This document shows positions 16,793-31,231 of a DNA stretch of 64,000 nt, piece by piece. Under the pieces are notes generated by a model. That model searched no databases. It was given only the letters and a program-made list of their open reading frames with translations, and had not been told where the DNA came from. Within the stretch, counting starts at the first letter, position 1, and the number at the start of each line of letters is the position of its first letter. The stretch is from Octopus vulgaris (Eukaryota), in the NCBI GenBank assembly GCA_951406725.2, contig OX597823.1, positions 88,412,001-88,476,000 on the forward strand, in the 5' to 3' direction. The position numbers and the translations under genes were made by a program.

Positions 16793-17186
16793 TTAGCAGT
16801 ATCGCTCGGCGTTGCTCTGGTTTTTTTCAACCCTTTAGAATTGGAATTTTTGAAAAGTAAAACTTTTTCATTATGTAGCTTGTTAATCTCTTTAAGTGAA
16901 CATTTTTCTGGTTGAAATACACTGAAAAATGGCGACACAGCAGTAAAAAAGACGTACAAAATAAGGATTTTCATAGAAAAAATGCACCTTTTTGATGTAA
17001 ATAATTTTTGGTCTTAATATGGTCTGATTTCAATTTATTCTTCTACGGAAGGAATAGCAAACCTTCTTCTATTATACTCCCAATTTCGGTCAACTTGCGC
17101 CGCAGGGCCTCGGAGGAGCTAGTGTTAGTTGAAGGCTACCAAACCTGCCATACACAGACAACTTCAGCTTTATATGTATATAGAGA
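16793..17186 (-). mobile_element. Non-autonomous Helitron sharing termini with 3443-3837
   Basis: tagcagtatcgctcggcgttgctc end nearly identical to 3444-3467 (CTAG decayed); TC start at tctctatatac; interior differs. Confidence 0.65.
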
Positions 17187-18192
17187 TGTGCAAACATTTA
17201 TTCATGTGTGTGTTAGTCACCTAATGTAAATCTGTATTGCAAGTCTGAATATAACAGGCTATTTAGATATGGTTTTCTGATGCAAGAAAAACTGATACAA
17301 GATAAACTTACTCATCTGATGCAAGAAAAGCTTTCATACACTGTCTACTATGAATGTTTACATGATTGGAGTATTAAAATGTTTATAGTGAATATCTATC
17401 ATCCAATGCAATAGGAAGGCACATTTATGAAATAGAAATCAAAGACACTGGTATGTGAATAGAAACTATTTTTTCATCAGCTGTCTATAAAGTAATGGTT
17501 TTGTATAATAACCCTTAGTCAGTAAGCTTACAAAGAAATATAAGGAATAATGTTAAAGGAATAGAGGGGTGAATTATTTTATCTAAGTGCACGAATTGCA
17601 TTTGCAGCAAAACTTTTTCATTTGAAAGATACGACTATAATTCAGTTTATAGCTGTAATCAACAAATAGCAAAAATAACGTGAAAGAGTTCAGATATTGT
17701 ATAGACGAGTATTTATGTTTCATAAACGCTAATAATATGTGAACACTAAGTGACATATACATGTCTAACTCAACGATTCCGTGAGCTTGTTCTTGTTTAG
17801 AGTAACGAAAGCTTAAACTTACAAAACATTAAACTAGGTTCCGTCTCGCCACATATCTGAAAGAGCTCTCTGACATAACCGTAATTGCTAACAGCGTATA
17901 TCTTTAATACATGACAATATTTATTAGTCAGAAATACTCAAGTTGCAGAAGCAACAGGAATTATGATTTAAATCATTTCGAACAAATAGATTTGTGTATT
18001 GCTCACAGCAATATACAAATGGCTTTGATGAAATCAAACAGTTAGCTTCGCATAGAAAGCCTATCGTTTCTTTACCTCTGAAATACGTTGTGAGTTTATA
18101 CGTTTTTATAACTCTATTGCACAGTGCAAACATAGGCACTATCCTCTCATACCCAGCCTCTTTCATCTCTATTTGATGCACGTTCTATCAAA

Positions 18193-18520
18193 TACAGGGC
18201 TGTATGATATAAACGTGCTTAATTGCAGATATTTTATACAGATATAATTATACAACATTAATTATACTTCTGTAATTTTTATTGATAAAGCTTTGGAAAT
18301 TGTGCCATAATCAAAATTCTTTTGGTCTCAACAGACACACTTCCGTTTCCCAGCAAATGTTGTTCCTTTTCATTATCCTCTCCACTTCATTCGGTGGGTT
18401 TTTTTCCATGCAGAAGGTACGAAACATTGTTGCAACACATTCTGTAGTTCCATTCTTACCTGTCACTAAATTTGAATCTTTTAGTTTATACATGTTTATG
18501 ATGCCAATCTTCTTGGTCCC
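18193..18520 (-). pseudogene. Possible Tc1/mariner-superfamily transposase N-terminal relic
   Basis: TA-cagggc TIR-like end; peptide KNGTTECVATMFRTFCMEKNPPNEVERIMKR loosely resembles DUF4817-type HTH; weak. Confidence 0.3.
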
Positions 18521-18534
18521 AGTTGCCTCTCTCT

Positions 18535-18650
<116 letters not shown>

Positions 18651-18768
18651 CAGCGATTGTTATATAAAATAGATAGATGAATAGAGAGGTAGTTACGTCG
18701 ACAGACAGACAGACAGGCAGACAGATAGATAGATAAATAGATAGATATATAAATAGATAGATATATAA

Positions 18769-18853
<85 letters not shown>

Positions 18854-19580
18854 AAGATAGATATAGTTCTACCGTGGAAGTTTTATAATAATTTTCTAGT
18901 AACACTTTCTTTCCCACCCTTTGGACGTGTTAATTATAACAATGCGTTGTCGGCATTTGTACATTCTACTCTAAATACAGTTATTATCTTCGTTATTTAC
19001 CAATCTAATCTTGATAAATCAATTAAGTTAATGCAGAGAACTGTATATTCGTAACTTATTACAGAAATAGCTAGAATGTTAATAACATTTACATTAGAAG
19101 AATAAACAATAGGTTTCGCGTAAATTAATGGTGGACTGTGTCTGCAATTAGTGCTTATAAACTGTTCACAAGAGCAATATACTGGCTTGACGTGACCAGG
19201 TAAAACAGTCCCACCTTACTTTGACGTTTATCGAAATTATATTTATTAATCTAAAACTTCTACGATATCCTTTCCTAACTAATTTCCCATTAATATACGT
19301 TGTGCCTTGTTTACTTCATTGGTTCTGAGCAGTTTGTTTGTCTTTGGTGGTTCCTTTGTAGTGTGGCTTTATGTAATTTACCATTCTATTTCGGTTTCAT
19401 TTTTCCACATAGCCTTACCGTATGTTTCTAAATAGAATTTCATTATCCTAAGTGTTCTAATAAATCCGTGATAACACGATTGTTAATACATTTATCAAAA
19501 GATTACCTATATATCTAGGTGCAGGCTTGACTGTGTGGTTAAGAAGTTCGCTTTGAAAACACTTCGTTTCGACTTCAGTT

Positions 19581-20175
<595 letters not shown>

Positions 20176-20241
20176 CTGTACACGTGTGTATGCGTGTGTC
20201 CGTACATGTGTGTGTATGTGGATATAGAGACACAGACAGAC

Positions 20242-20316
<75 letters not shown>

Positions 20317-20810
20317 CAGATGGGTGGATGGATGGATAGATAGACAGACAGGTAGTTAGCTAGCTAACTATAAAGACAGACAGACAGACAGACCGGCAGG
20401 CAGGCAGTCAGGCAGGCAGCCAGGCAGGCAGGCAGGCAGGCAGACAGGCAGACAGACATACAGACAGACAGACAGACAAACATACAGACAGATTGATTGA
20501 TTGATTGATTGATTGATAGACAGACATACAGACATATTGATTGAACCCAAGGAATATTGTTTATGAATCTGCCACTACTTTAATTTGCCACTTTTTTATG
20601 AATTTGCCATTACTTCAAGGGGCTGTTTCTGCTTTCATTTCCAACCATTTTTGCCGTTAGCTTTGTTGATACTACGATTAGGAAGCACCACTTCCTTTCC
20701 TTCACATATTTATCTGGTCTATTGAGCACTAACTGTCTTTGTGTGCCCGATACATTAGTGTATTTCTTTTATCCGTCTCTGATAACGGTTTCGGTATATG
20801 TTAATCACAT

Positions 20811-22856
20811 ATGCTTAGGTTGGTGTTTCCATTACCTGAGCAATTACTAATGTATAATATTCACAAATATCTCATAGCGGTACACACAAACACATACCTG
20901 TGTGTGTATACGAAGATCTATAAGTATATGCATGAAATCCCACCCCTATATGGCCTTCGCAAAGATCACAAGAGCCACACGGACAATATACTTGGGCCAC
21001 CCACCCGACCCGTTTGTGGTGCCAACAATGCAAACAACCACAAAATATCATACTTTCTCTCACAATTCCTACGACCGTTAATAGAACTATCTGCAGATGT
21101 ATGTGACAGTACTGAGGACCTCCTTAGCAGGATCCGCGAATGCAACAACACGTGTGACCTCAAGAACCACATCGTGGGTAGCATGGATGTGGTATCACTA
21201 TACCCCTCCATCGATATAGACTTTGCTGTCGATAAATGTATAGAAATAGTTAGTGAGAGTGGTATGATATTTAAGAATGTGGATGTATATGAACTAGGGC
21301 TCTTCCTGGCCCTGACGTGTACCAATGAATACCTGTCGCGCAATAACCTTCTATATGCTTGTCCCACCCGTAACAAACGCGGTAGACCACCTACCATTAC
21401 CTCGGCTTACAGGAAGACTCACTGTGAGCGTTGGCAGGGATGGACAAAGCCGGACTACCCACCCTCAAGTGCACACGATATTAGAACCACCATCGCACAT
21501 GCCATCGGTGTCAGCCTGAGATTTACGCTAAAAACACATATTTTTAAATTTGACAACAAACTGTATAAGCAAACGAAAGGCGGTGCTATTGGAGTGGGGA
21601 TCGCCGGTGACGTTGCTAACCTCTTCATGGTATGGTGGGACAAGCGTCTTAAACAGTGCCTAGCAAACCGTAACATCCACTTGGCTATGTACTCTCGTTA
21701 CGTCGACGACATTAACCTTGTTGTGAAATGTAATACAGACACAGTTATGGGCCCTCTACCAAGTGAAGAACAGGTGATGACATCTATACAACACATAGCT
21801 GACTCTATCCACAGCAGTATAAAACTTACCATAGACTACCCCTCTAGACACCCCAGTAAACGATTACCCGTCCTAGATACTGAGCTATGGATGGAAGACG
21901 CTATAGTTAATGGTACCATTAAACCATGTATACTCCACTCACACTATCAGAAACCGATGGCTAATCCACTAGTAATCCGTAGTGACTCAGCTGTGTCGGA
22001 TACTGCCAAACTCAACATCCTAGTGGCAGACTTAGTTAGAGTAATGAGGAATGTATCACCACTATGCCAACCACAAGAACGACAACAACACATCCAGCAC
22101 TACATATTCCGAATGCAACGTTCCGGATACACACAAGACGATAGAGTCAGGGTGTACAAAGGAGCGAAAGCTAGATTCGAACGCATTCTAGGGAACGACG
22201 AAAACGGTATATGCCCCCTGTACCGCAACAAGTTCTGGAATAGGTTAGAGAGGGACACCAACAAAAAGATGAGAAACGTTACTTGGTACGATAACAGGAG
22301 ATTTCACGGAGTGATGTTCGTTGACGCCACACCTATGAACGAGCTAAGTAAGGCATTCAAGAAAGTCCTGCGCACTACGGGCCTAAAAGTTAAAGTTGTA
22401 GAAAAGACAGGTAGGACTATCAAATCGGCATTATGCAGATCATATCCATTTGATAGAATCACCTGTCAGAGTAATTGTGCAGTGTGTTCGACAAATCCAC
22501 ACGTAAATTGTAATACCAAGGGCACTGTATACCAGATTAAGTGCCAGGAGGGAGCTTGCGCGGCTAACCCGGAGTCATACATAGGTGAGACCTCTAGAAG
22601 CATCAATGATAGGTTCAAAGAACACCTGGACAACTACATTGAAAGGAAGCCAAACTCCATCTTCTACCAACATGCTGTAGACTGCCACAAGGGATCCTTA
22701 GGGGAGCTTAAGTTGAACATCCTATCTACACATCCCACCGATGCAATGTTGAGACAGGTCACAGAAGCTGTTTGTATACAAGAATACAAACCTACTCTCA
22801 ACCGAAAGTCCGAATGGAATAACATCCAGATCCCATTCAGAAGGACTATTCTATAA
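20811..22856 (+). CDS. Penelope-like retroelement ORF: reverse transcriptase plus GIY-YIG endonuclease, 5'-truncated (homology starts ~20928); Naiad-like
   Basis: LYGLRKDHK, PTRPV, SMDVVSLYPSI, QTKGGAIG, RYVDD, LPVLD, Cys linker CQSNCAVC..C, TVYQIKC..YIGETSRS..RFKEH, EAVCI..LNRK; no internal stops. Confidence 0.92.
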   Translation: MLRLVFPLPEQLLMYNIHKYLIAVHTNTYLCVYTKIYKYMHEIPPLYGLRKDHKSHTDNILGPPTRPVCGANNANNHKISYFLSQFLRPLIELSADVCDSTEDLLSRIRECNNTCDLKNHIVGSMDVVSLYPSIDIDFAVDKCIEIVSESGMIFKNVDVYELGLFLALTCTNEYLSRNNLLYACPTRNKRGRPPTITSAYRKTHCERWQGWTKPDYPPSSAHDIRTTIAHAIGVSLRFTLKTHIFKFDNKLYKQTKGGAIGVGIAGDVANLFMVWWDKRLKQCLANRNIHLAMYSRYVDDINLVVKCNTDTVMGPLPSEEQVMTSIQHIADSIHSSIKLTIDYPSRHPSKRLPVLDTELWMEDAIVNGTIKPCILHSHYQKPMANPLVIRSDSAVSDTAKLNILVADLVRVMRNVSPLCQPQERQQHIQHYIFRMQRSGYTQDDRVRVYKGAKARFERILGNDENGICPLYRNKFWNRLERDTNKKMRNVTWYDNRRFHGVMFVDATPMNELSKAFKKVLRTTGLKVKVVEKTGRTIKSALCRSYPFDRITCQSNCAVCSTNPHVNCNTKGTVYQIKCQEGACAANPESYIGETSRSINDRFKEHLDNYIERKPNSIFYQHAVDCHKGSLGELKLNILSTHPTDAMLRQVTEAVCIQEYKPTLNRKSEWNNIQIPFRRTIL

Positions 22857-23029
22857 CCACCCCTCTCTCTCTCTCCCTTTCACCTGTAGTCCTTACATAC
22901 AGGTTGCAATGCGTATGTGCAGTTATATACAACGGTATGAGCAGACGTTGTTTGATACGAACAGTCGCACCTAGGCGTTGTACCCATTCACGGTTAGACG
23001 ACGATGAGAGGAACAAACACACACCCACA

Positions 23030-23785
23030 CACATATATATATATGTGTGTGCGTCTATACAAACATATATGTAAATATGTATACAACCTTCAGCTAAGTA
23101 ACAGTCATGTACACAACTTGGACGGACACATGCCAGTACACGGACATACGTTCACATACACATACACATGTACACACTCTCACGGACACATCTGCCCATT
23201 CTCCTAGACACTCACATACATACGTAGCACATGAATACAAACATACATACATACCTACGTATGGGCATACACACGTACATACGCACGTACATGTACACAC
23301 ACACATACATGGGCACATGCATACGGGCGCGTATACATACATACGCACATGCGTACGTATGTACATACATACATACATACATACATACATACATACATAC
23401 ATACATACATACATACATACATACGCACATACATACATACGAACAATAGTAAAACATTAGTTCTGTGATATAGAGATAAAAATCTGATAATAGATTTTAA
23501 GGTATAGTTCTTGTGAGCAAGCGTCATAAATTCACTTTCTAGCCTCGGCCGTAGGGAGTTGAAATTTGATAGCGTTGTGATGAGTGGTCACTCTACATCC
23601 ATCCATCGCTACAGGTTTATAACTTTATGTTTTATAGAGTGTATGTGCGTGCTTATACACACACATACATATATACATACATACATACATACATGCATAC
23701 ACAGGCGTATGTGCGGACATGAATACGTACATACATACACACATATATGCATACATACACACATACATACGTACATACATATATA
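23030..23785. repeat. CA/TACA-rich low-complexity region, probably 3' UTR or flank of the PLE
   Basis: Directly visible, downstream of the PLE stop codon. Confidence 0.7.
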
Positions 23786-24012
23786 TGACGAACTAACTGT
23801 TACTTTCTTAGATGCAGCACGGACTTTGTCAGTGAACAGGTCGCGGATTTTAGCGACGAAAATATTTTGACAAATTAAACTTAAATGTTGGAGTGAATCG
23901 AACGGCTTTTGTGTGTTTCTTAAATGGCTTATAAACACCTCCCACGCTGCAATTGTTTTCGTTTCAGCACACGATCTCAGATCAAATTACTTGCTACGCG
24001 AGTACATCTCCG

Positions 24013-24044
<32 letters not shown>

Positions 24045-24563
24045 CACATCCTTCGTAACAAAGAGATTGTTCGGTTACTTAATGTAATCTACTCAATTGC
24101 ATACGATTTAGGGGAAAATGTTCCAGCCTGCTCTGTAATCAAAATACAATTGGCTCAGTTTAGGGTGTTATTTATTTCTACTAGTAGTGGCACTTTGCTC
24201 TGTATCATAGACGAGTTCAATGCTTCACTGTTTGAACAAATAGTGTTTTTCCTTGCCATGATTTTAACATGACAATTTTACATTTGCTTTTGTTGTCTTT
24301 TATTTTTAATTCACTGTTGTCGTATAGTATAAACTTTGTTATTTAAAAAAAGGAATAAAGATCATAATCAATAGCTATTTCTCTTCGGGTTCAGTTGCTA
24401 TTTACTTGATGTGTGTGCAATATTTTGCAGAGCTGAATATGCGGTGTTGTAAATTATCTTATATATGACCAGATACGTTCCTTGTATCAGATTGATAACA
24501 TCATCTATATTTCATATAGTTATGTACATTAGAAATAATTCATGACAGGTTGATTCACGGTGA

Positions 24564-24565
<2 letters not shown>

Positions 24566-24632
<67 letters not shown>
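24566..24632. repeat. (AAT)n microsatellite
   Basis: Directly visible. Confidence 0.95.
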
Positions 24633-24636
<4 letters not shown>

Positions 24637-24641
24637 CCTAA

Positions 24642-24853
24642 GAAATTATATGCTTTGAATATATAATTCAACTCCTATCATTGAGCATGAATGGATTTCA
24701 TATCTATGAACATATATCCTTGAAATGTACATGGTAAAGTTCAGTTTGACATTATTCCATTTAGCAGAATATTCCATTTTGATATAATAAATGTATGTTA
24801 TATGATATACAAACATATCATATAACATACGATAAACGGTGAAATTCATATAA
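24642..24853 (+). repeat. Dispersed direct repeat, copy 1 (copy 2 at 29698-29928)
   Basis: atatgctttgaatatataattcaactcctatcattgagcatgaatggatt...acgataaacggtgaaattcatataaa occurs in both. Confidence 0.85.
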
Positions 24854-27800
24854 ATCATATATATAACACAAGGTCTTCACATAAATGCATTTTTGTATTT
24901 TTTGATGGAGTATAGTAAAAAATGAAATCTCATAGTAAAGAGTATGAGTGAGGAGTTTGTTTTTAATCCTACTCAGAATTTTACTCGTGGAAGAACTGGT
25001 GGGTTCGTTTGCTCTGGATGATAACATATGTTCCATGGAGCCGCAGCAAGTTCGTGGTTTGAGTGAATTCCTACCACATGCGTTCATATCATAGACATGC
25101 TAAGGCGACCGTTGTGTATGCACTTTAGACCTGACAAAGCTTGTACTTCTCCGTGTCTAATCATATTCTTTCAGAATGGAAGAAAGAGAACGAGGGAGAG
25201 AGAGAGGGAAAGAGAGAGAAAGGGGGGATAGGACAGACGGACGAGCGAACGGACAGGTGGACGGACAGCCAAACGGACAGACAGAGAAATAGACGGATGG
25301 ACGGACGGACGGAAATAAGTGTTTAAAAAAAGAGAATTGACGCCAATACGCAATTAGAGTTCAGTTACCGACCTCGAAATGATAATCGATTAAGACAGCC
25401 TGGATAGGTTTGGAACTAAGTTTGCAGAGAGCCAGGTCAATTACTGCAAAGCAATATACCCTGCTCTAAGGACTCAACCAAGTAGTCGCCTCTGCTCTTT
25501 ATAAGCCATTCAATCAATAGAATATTTTACCATTCTATGAAATAAACAAACATGAGTTTCTATCAGAAAATATTTAACATTTTAATTTTCTAAAAGTGAG
25601 ATTATGTGACAATCATCATTGCACGAACAATATTATCGTTAATTAAATAAGATACACTTTACTAAGTTTTCGAATTAAGTTGCTGGAGTTTTCCTCAGGA
25701 GATATTATATTGCTTAAAGATGCCACATAATCAATAAACCTCAAAATACAGATTACATTTTTGGATGCAAGATATTGTATCCTAGTAAGGACATTTATAG
25801 TTGATTATAATTCTATCATATGATGGACTCTAGAGTTTAAATTGAAAACTTTTGGATTTGAAAAATCAGAATCCAGCTGTAGAAACTTTCTGGGAATATT
25901 GTTAAATATTAATTTCACAAATGGATTGCAATTCATAACTCACCGAGTTAAGCGCTCTCCACTTAAATTCCACAAGAAATATCCAATATGCAGTAGATAA
26001 TTAAATCTAACATCAAATGTGTTTACTTATATATTGAATCTTTTATATAAGCGTTGCCCCTTCGTTCCTAAATATATTTCGCGCGTGAATTGGTATGTTT
26101 TAAAATGTCTCCGTTTGCAACAACTAATGGAATCCACTTGAATGTAAAATTCATAATTCCGTAAACCTTCTGCATCCCATCATTAAACACATAATATGAA
26201 ACATTATTAGGAAGTTAGTCAACAGACTCCAAGGTTTTACGATTTTAGAAAGCATCGAAACGGTCATTACTCCCCAGGGATGAAAAATATTCTGACATAT
26301 TAATAAACATTTGTTTTTATTCATTTACTCTTCGCAGCCATTTTACTATGTTCAACAGAAACACTATAATGGGTATCAAGTGTAGTTTCCTGAGTACAAC
26401 ATGTTGATATCAAAATTGCTTCGGTCTGTCGAAAGGCTAACAATAGATATTTTCAATACAATATAAACGTGTTGGTTATTCATAGATTTTCTGTCATCAT
26501 TTACACATTTCCATTTAGATTCTTACTGCAGGAATATCAATATAGTTGTACAATACTTTGCGTCATAAATATAACAGATTACTATTTCTAAATATTAAAT
26601 CTAGTTTATGTGATTTATAACTTCTGTATCTTTTTCGGGCTCTCTTGTTAGCCCTTTCATTCATATGGTATTCAGACGATGCCGTCCGTTGTAAATTAAA
26701 ATGTTCTAGGGAAGTGCATTTAGCCGTTAGCATTTTTAGCGATGTAAATAACTATCAATGAATATTTATCGATATATGAGTAAATATAACCCATTTTTAT
26801 TAGATACTAAACAAGTGCTTGCGAAAACACTTCACTAGGAATTTTTCATTGCATCCTCTATGCTATTTACTGTTTAGCAACACATCAACCTAATGCCGTT
26901 ATCGGCTAATTCCGGTTGAAAATCACCAAGTGATATTTTAACGTTTTCATGTGTACTGAAACGGAATGGATTTTATACTTCACCGATTCTCTCTAAATTT
27001 TGATAATATTGATAATTTCCGTGGAGATTTTTCTATTTAGATTCTACAAAGAAAAGCTATTATGCTAAAGCTACTTGAATGTGACTTCAAAATGCGTTTA
27101 TTTATATACTGATGCTTTATATATCCACGGTCCGTGAGTCTCTAAACATATTTCGTGCATGATTTGGTAAATGTTGTAAAAACGTTTCAAGTGCATCATA
27201 ATGAGGTGACCCCTAAACATATATTATACTCTAGAAGTAATTATTCAACAACCAAGTATTAGTTTCTCACATTCCCCGCTTAGTTGGAGGTTGGACTATT
27301 TCATTTTCGTATAGGTTTTTCAATACTTCCAGGCCAGCTTTCACTGCGTCTTACAAGTGACCCTTTGCCAAGTTGCTGGTCAAACTGTTTATATCTATTT
27401 ATTGGATTAGAGACAATAGCCACAATTTATGTATATTTTGAGACATGAATTGAAATATCTACTGAACAGGAGAAAGATCACAGCCCTTGATGTGTAACCT
27501 TTCTCTAGTTACGTCGATTTCAATTAACATCTGCGTTAATATAACTTCCAACTTTTCCCGATATCTCTTGACATGAGCGCATCTTGTTACTGCAAGAATG
27601 ACATGAAATTAACCCTTAGAAGCCAATCCTACTCAACACAGAAATATAATAACTTACGACAAAAACAATTCATAAGCAGTTGTTGTTGTTCTCAAGCATA
27701 GTTTTAATATAACTAAGGTAAGTTACCCACAATTTTAACTACTTCTCTCTGGCATCCAGCCAACAACTGATCAAAACGATAACGTGATGTTAACATTCTC

Positions 27801-28670
27801 ACAACCTTTAGCTTACCAATACTATATTTATTAACATGATATCTGAGACATTTGATATATATAGCTCATCAAATGTGCACAGTATGGATGTATTCATTTA
27901 GTTAGAGCATGCACTGAATTGTAAATAGAAAAAGTATCTTCTAAATCCAGTTATTTCTCCCTTTCGGATGCAAACACGTCTAAGAGAGATTTTTTTTCTC
28001 CCTTTTTGTGATTGGAAGATATTCCATGATCCTTGTTATTTCAATGGGTTTTCTTGTTGTTTATTTTTCATTGATTATGCTTATTTGCAAATTTACCAGT
28101 TACATTATATTGACAATTTTATTTAGATTTATTTCACACAGTCATCATTTAACATCGGCCTAACCTTCTTCTTTTATAAGAATTTGTTTGGACAATATTT
28201 GAATTTTAGCTAATTTTGTGTCCTTTGTGGGGCCATTTCCTCCTCAGGAGGAGATCTTCAACTACTTATTTGTTATGATTTTTTCTCTATGGGTCTTTGA
28301 CCTTTTACAGATCATGTCATTGTTCGGACATCAGGGCTTCTGTATACATTTAACATAAAATGCGTATTTGAGATCCTAAGGCCAACGATAGGATGAACGA
28401 CAGTAGAGAAATCGACGACCTTGTGAAGTGAGCCTTAATAGAGGTGTTGCGTAACTGTCTAGTCCACGAAAGTGTTTGAATCTGTGATAGAACATCATTA
28501 AGAGTGAGGAGGTTGAATGTCTGTTGGTTAGGTAGACGTTATTGGTAAATCAGTAAATGAGGATCCATCAGATAGCTCTCGGTTGCAAGAGGTCTAAAAC
28601 ATTTTCATGTGCAGCTGCAGAAGCGGCTGCAGTAGTTAAGTACTTCACGACGATTAAGGTAGTTGTTAAT

Positions 28671-29083
28671 GTGGCGAGCTAGCAGAATCGTTAACACATC
28701 GGTCGAAATGCTTAGCGGTATTTCGGCTGCCTTACGTTGTGAGTTCAAATTCCGCCGAGGTCGACTTTGCCTTTCATCCTTTCGGGGTCGATAAATTAAG
28801 TACCAGTTACGCACTGGAGTCGATGTAATCGACTTAATACCTATGTATGTCCTTGTTTGTCCCCTCTCTGTTTAGCACCTTGTGGGTAATAAAGAAATAG
28901 GTATTTCGGCTGCCGTTACGTTGTGAGTTCAAATTCCGCCGAGGTCGACTTTGCCTTTCATCCTTTCGGGGTCGATAAATTAAGGACCAGTTACGCACTG
29001 GGGTCGATGTAATCGACTTAATACCTATGTCTGTCCATGTTTGTCCCCTTTATGATTAGCCCCTTCTGGGTAGTAAAGAAATA
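28671..29083 (+). mobile_element. SINE family A, full copy plus tandem 5'-truncated second copy
   Basis: ggcgagctagcagaa A-box region, gagttcaaattcc B-box; body repeated from 28900. Confidence 0.85.
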
Positions 29084-29697
29084 GGTAGTTGTTAACGCTG
29101 ATGGTGTTCAATGTTGATAAACATTTATGTTATAGTGATATTTGATAAGTTTAAAATATTACGTATTAGCTATCACCATCGCTATCTCTGGGTGTACCGT
29201 ACTATTCTAAAGCCAAACACATCGAGATCAAGGATGAGAAACAGGCATTCTCTGCTTATTAAGCCGAATCCGCGTCGCTAAATTTAAATGGGTAAGCTTT
29301 ATTTTTGGAAGAAAATCACCTATTCAAATTTAGTTTATATCTACCGGAAGAAAATTAATGTTACTCTAATTTGTTTATCGTGTTCTGTAAATAACTATGT
29401 AAACATTATTTACAAATGAAGTGTATTTCAAAAGAAATGGAGCGGTATAAATGACCAAGGCATAGATGCAAATTAAATTGTGTTGTTGCAGCTCTAAGTA
29501 TTGTTAGTTTATAAACAGAATCCAGTTAACGAAATATACGTATTTTAAATGGCTTCCATGATCTGCTTCGGTATACATTCTTAGTACACACATCCATATA
29601 TCATATTCCACACTTTAATTATTGAACAGTATCTGCTTGAGCTCGTTCTTAAGAAAACTAAAATTCATGTAGCAGCTATCATCTATGTTACTTATAG

Positions 29698-29928
29698 GAA
29701 ATCATATGCTTTGAATATATAATTCAACTCCTATCATTGAGCATGAATGGATTACATATCTATGAACATATATTTTCATATGAACATATAAGTTCAGTTT
29801 GACATTGTTCCATTTAGCAGAATATTCCATTTTAATATAATATATATATGAAGAATATCGATAGAGGTTTAGTACAACATATGCAAACATATCATATAAC
29901 ATACGATAAACGGTGAAATTCATATAAA
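29698..29928 (+). repeat. Dispersed direct repeat, copy 2
   Basis: Homologous to 24642-24853 with a small insertion. Confidence 0.85.
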
Positions 29929-30714
29929 AAATCTCTCGTAGATGTGCTTGCATCCGAAAGGGAGAAATAGTTGGATTTAGAAGATACTTTATGTTTCTTA
30001 CTCCAGTTTGATTATTGTAGAATGATTACGAGTGTATTTTGGGGAACCCAAAAATGAGACACCAAAGATTGAAACGAAAACTGTTTTGAGTTTTGTCCCT
30101 GTGGGTTTATGTTGAATGTCACTACCCATAACCAAATAAATCATGCATAAGGGCCATTCTTATTTAATATGACTATCGACCCAGGTGATAGACACCTATC
30201 CAGGATGACTCACCCAAGTTAACACGCTGTTATGCTTGGATATCTGCAAAAGGTGTGGCAATATTTCAAAAAGTTGGTTCCTGGCAGTTAAGTTACCATA
30301 TTTAAGTTACACTTAAGTTACCATATTTCTATTAAAACATTCTGCTTTTGTCTCAACAAATTTCATAAAATAAAGAAGAATTTGCTGAAATAACATTTTC
30401 AATAATGTGATCATCTTGTGCCATTGCAACGCGCACGTGATACGTTAACGTTGTCCAATAACTTTGTACGTTAACGAATAGCGTTTTCAGCTACGTTCCT
30501 GCTTTATGAACAATCTTTTGTAAAACGGCCAAAACAGATATAATTCTTGACACAACACCTTACACTACACACTTTTGGAAATCTATTGTCAAAACGCTCA
30601 AGTATATTCCTATATTTTGAAATACAATTAAATTCTAATATATTCTAATTTATTCTATGTGCATGTTCAACTTCCTTCTTTCATTCACTCCTTCACATAT
30701 TTCGATTAATAACA

Positions 30715-30781
<67 letters not shown>

Positions 30782-30819
30782 GTGTGTGTGTGTGTGTGTG
30801 TGTATATACACAATAACAG

Positions 30820-30871
<52 letters not shown>

Positions 30872-30891
30872 GTATATATACACAATAACAG

Positions 30892-30922
<31 letters not shown>

Positions 30923-30950
30923 CTATATATGTTACATTACTCGGTAGTCA

Positions 30951-31013
30951 AGATAAAACTCTGAGTTTCAGATGCCGAAGTGGAAATCCACAACACCATC
31001 TCTTCGGTTATCT
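30951..31013 (-). ncRNA. Type I hammerhead ribozyme variant (family b), mirror copy
   Basis: Reverse complement of 31073-31135. Confidence 0.6.
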
Positions 31014-31072
31014 GGCTATTTGAAAACGTTATGAAAAAATACCGTATTTTTTCATAACGTTTTCAAATAGCC

Positions 31073-31135
31073 AGATAACCGAAGAGATGGTGTTGTGGAT
31101 TTCCACTTCGGCATCTGAAACTCAGAGTTTTATCT
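31073..31135 (+). ncRNA. Type I hammerhead ribozyme variant (family b)
   Basis: agataa-CCGAAGA-gatg...catc-t-GAAA-ctc-a-gag-TT-ttatct: stems I-III present, U4C core variant, GUU cleavage triplet. Confidence 0.6.
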
Positions 31136-31231
31136 TGACTACCGAGTAATGTAACATATTGTATAGATAAATTTCCTCTATTTACATAATATTGAGGTCT
31201 CTTTCTTTCTTTTGTTATCTTACCGTTTTAT

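Noticed and set aside
20765-20820. Minus-strand catatg hairpin followed by GAAACCG upstream of PLE ORF1, resembling half a hammerhead
   Set aside because: No CUGANGA core or stem I
22857-23030. Possible SECIS element after the Naiad-like ORF
   Set aside because: No in-frame TGA in the ORF and no convincing AUGA/AA/GA stem-loop seen
28260-28660. Possible LTR-retrotransposon gag relic on the minus strand
   Set aside because: Only a few residues of vague similarity, interrupted by stops
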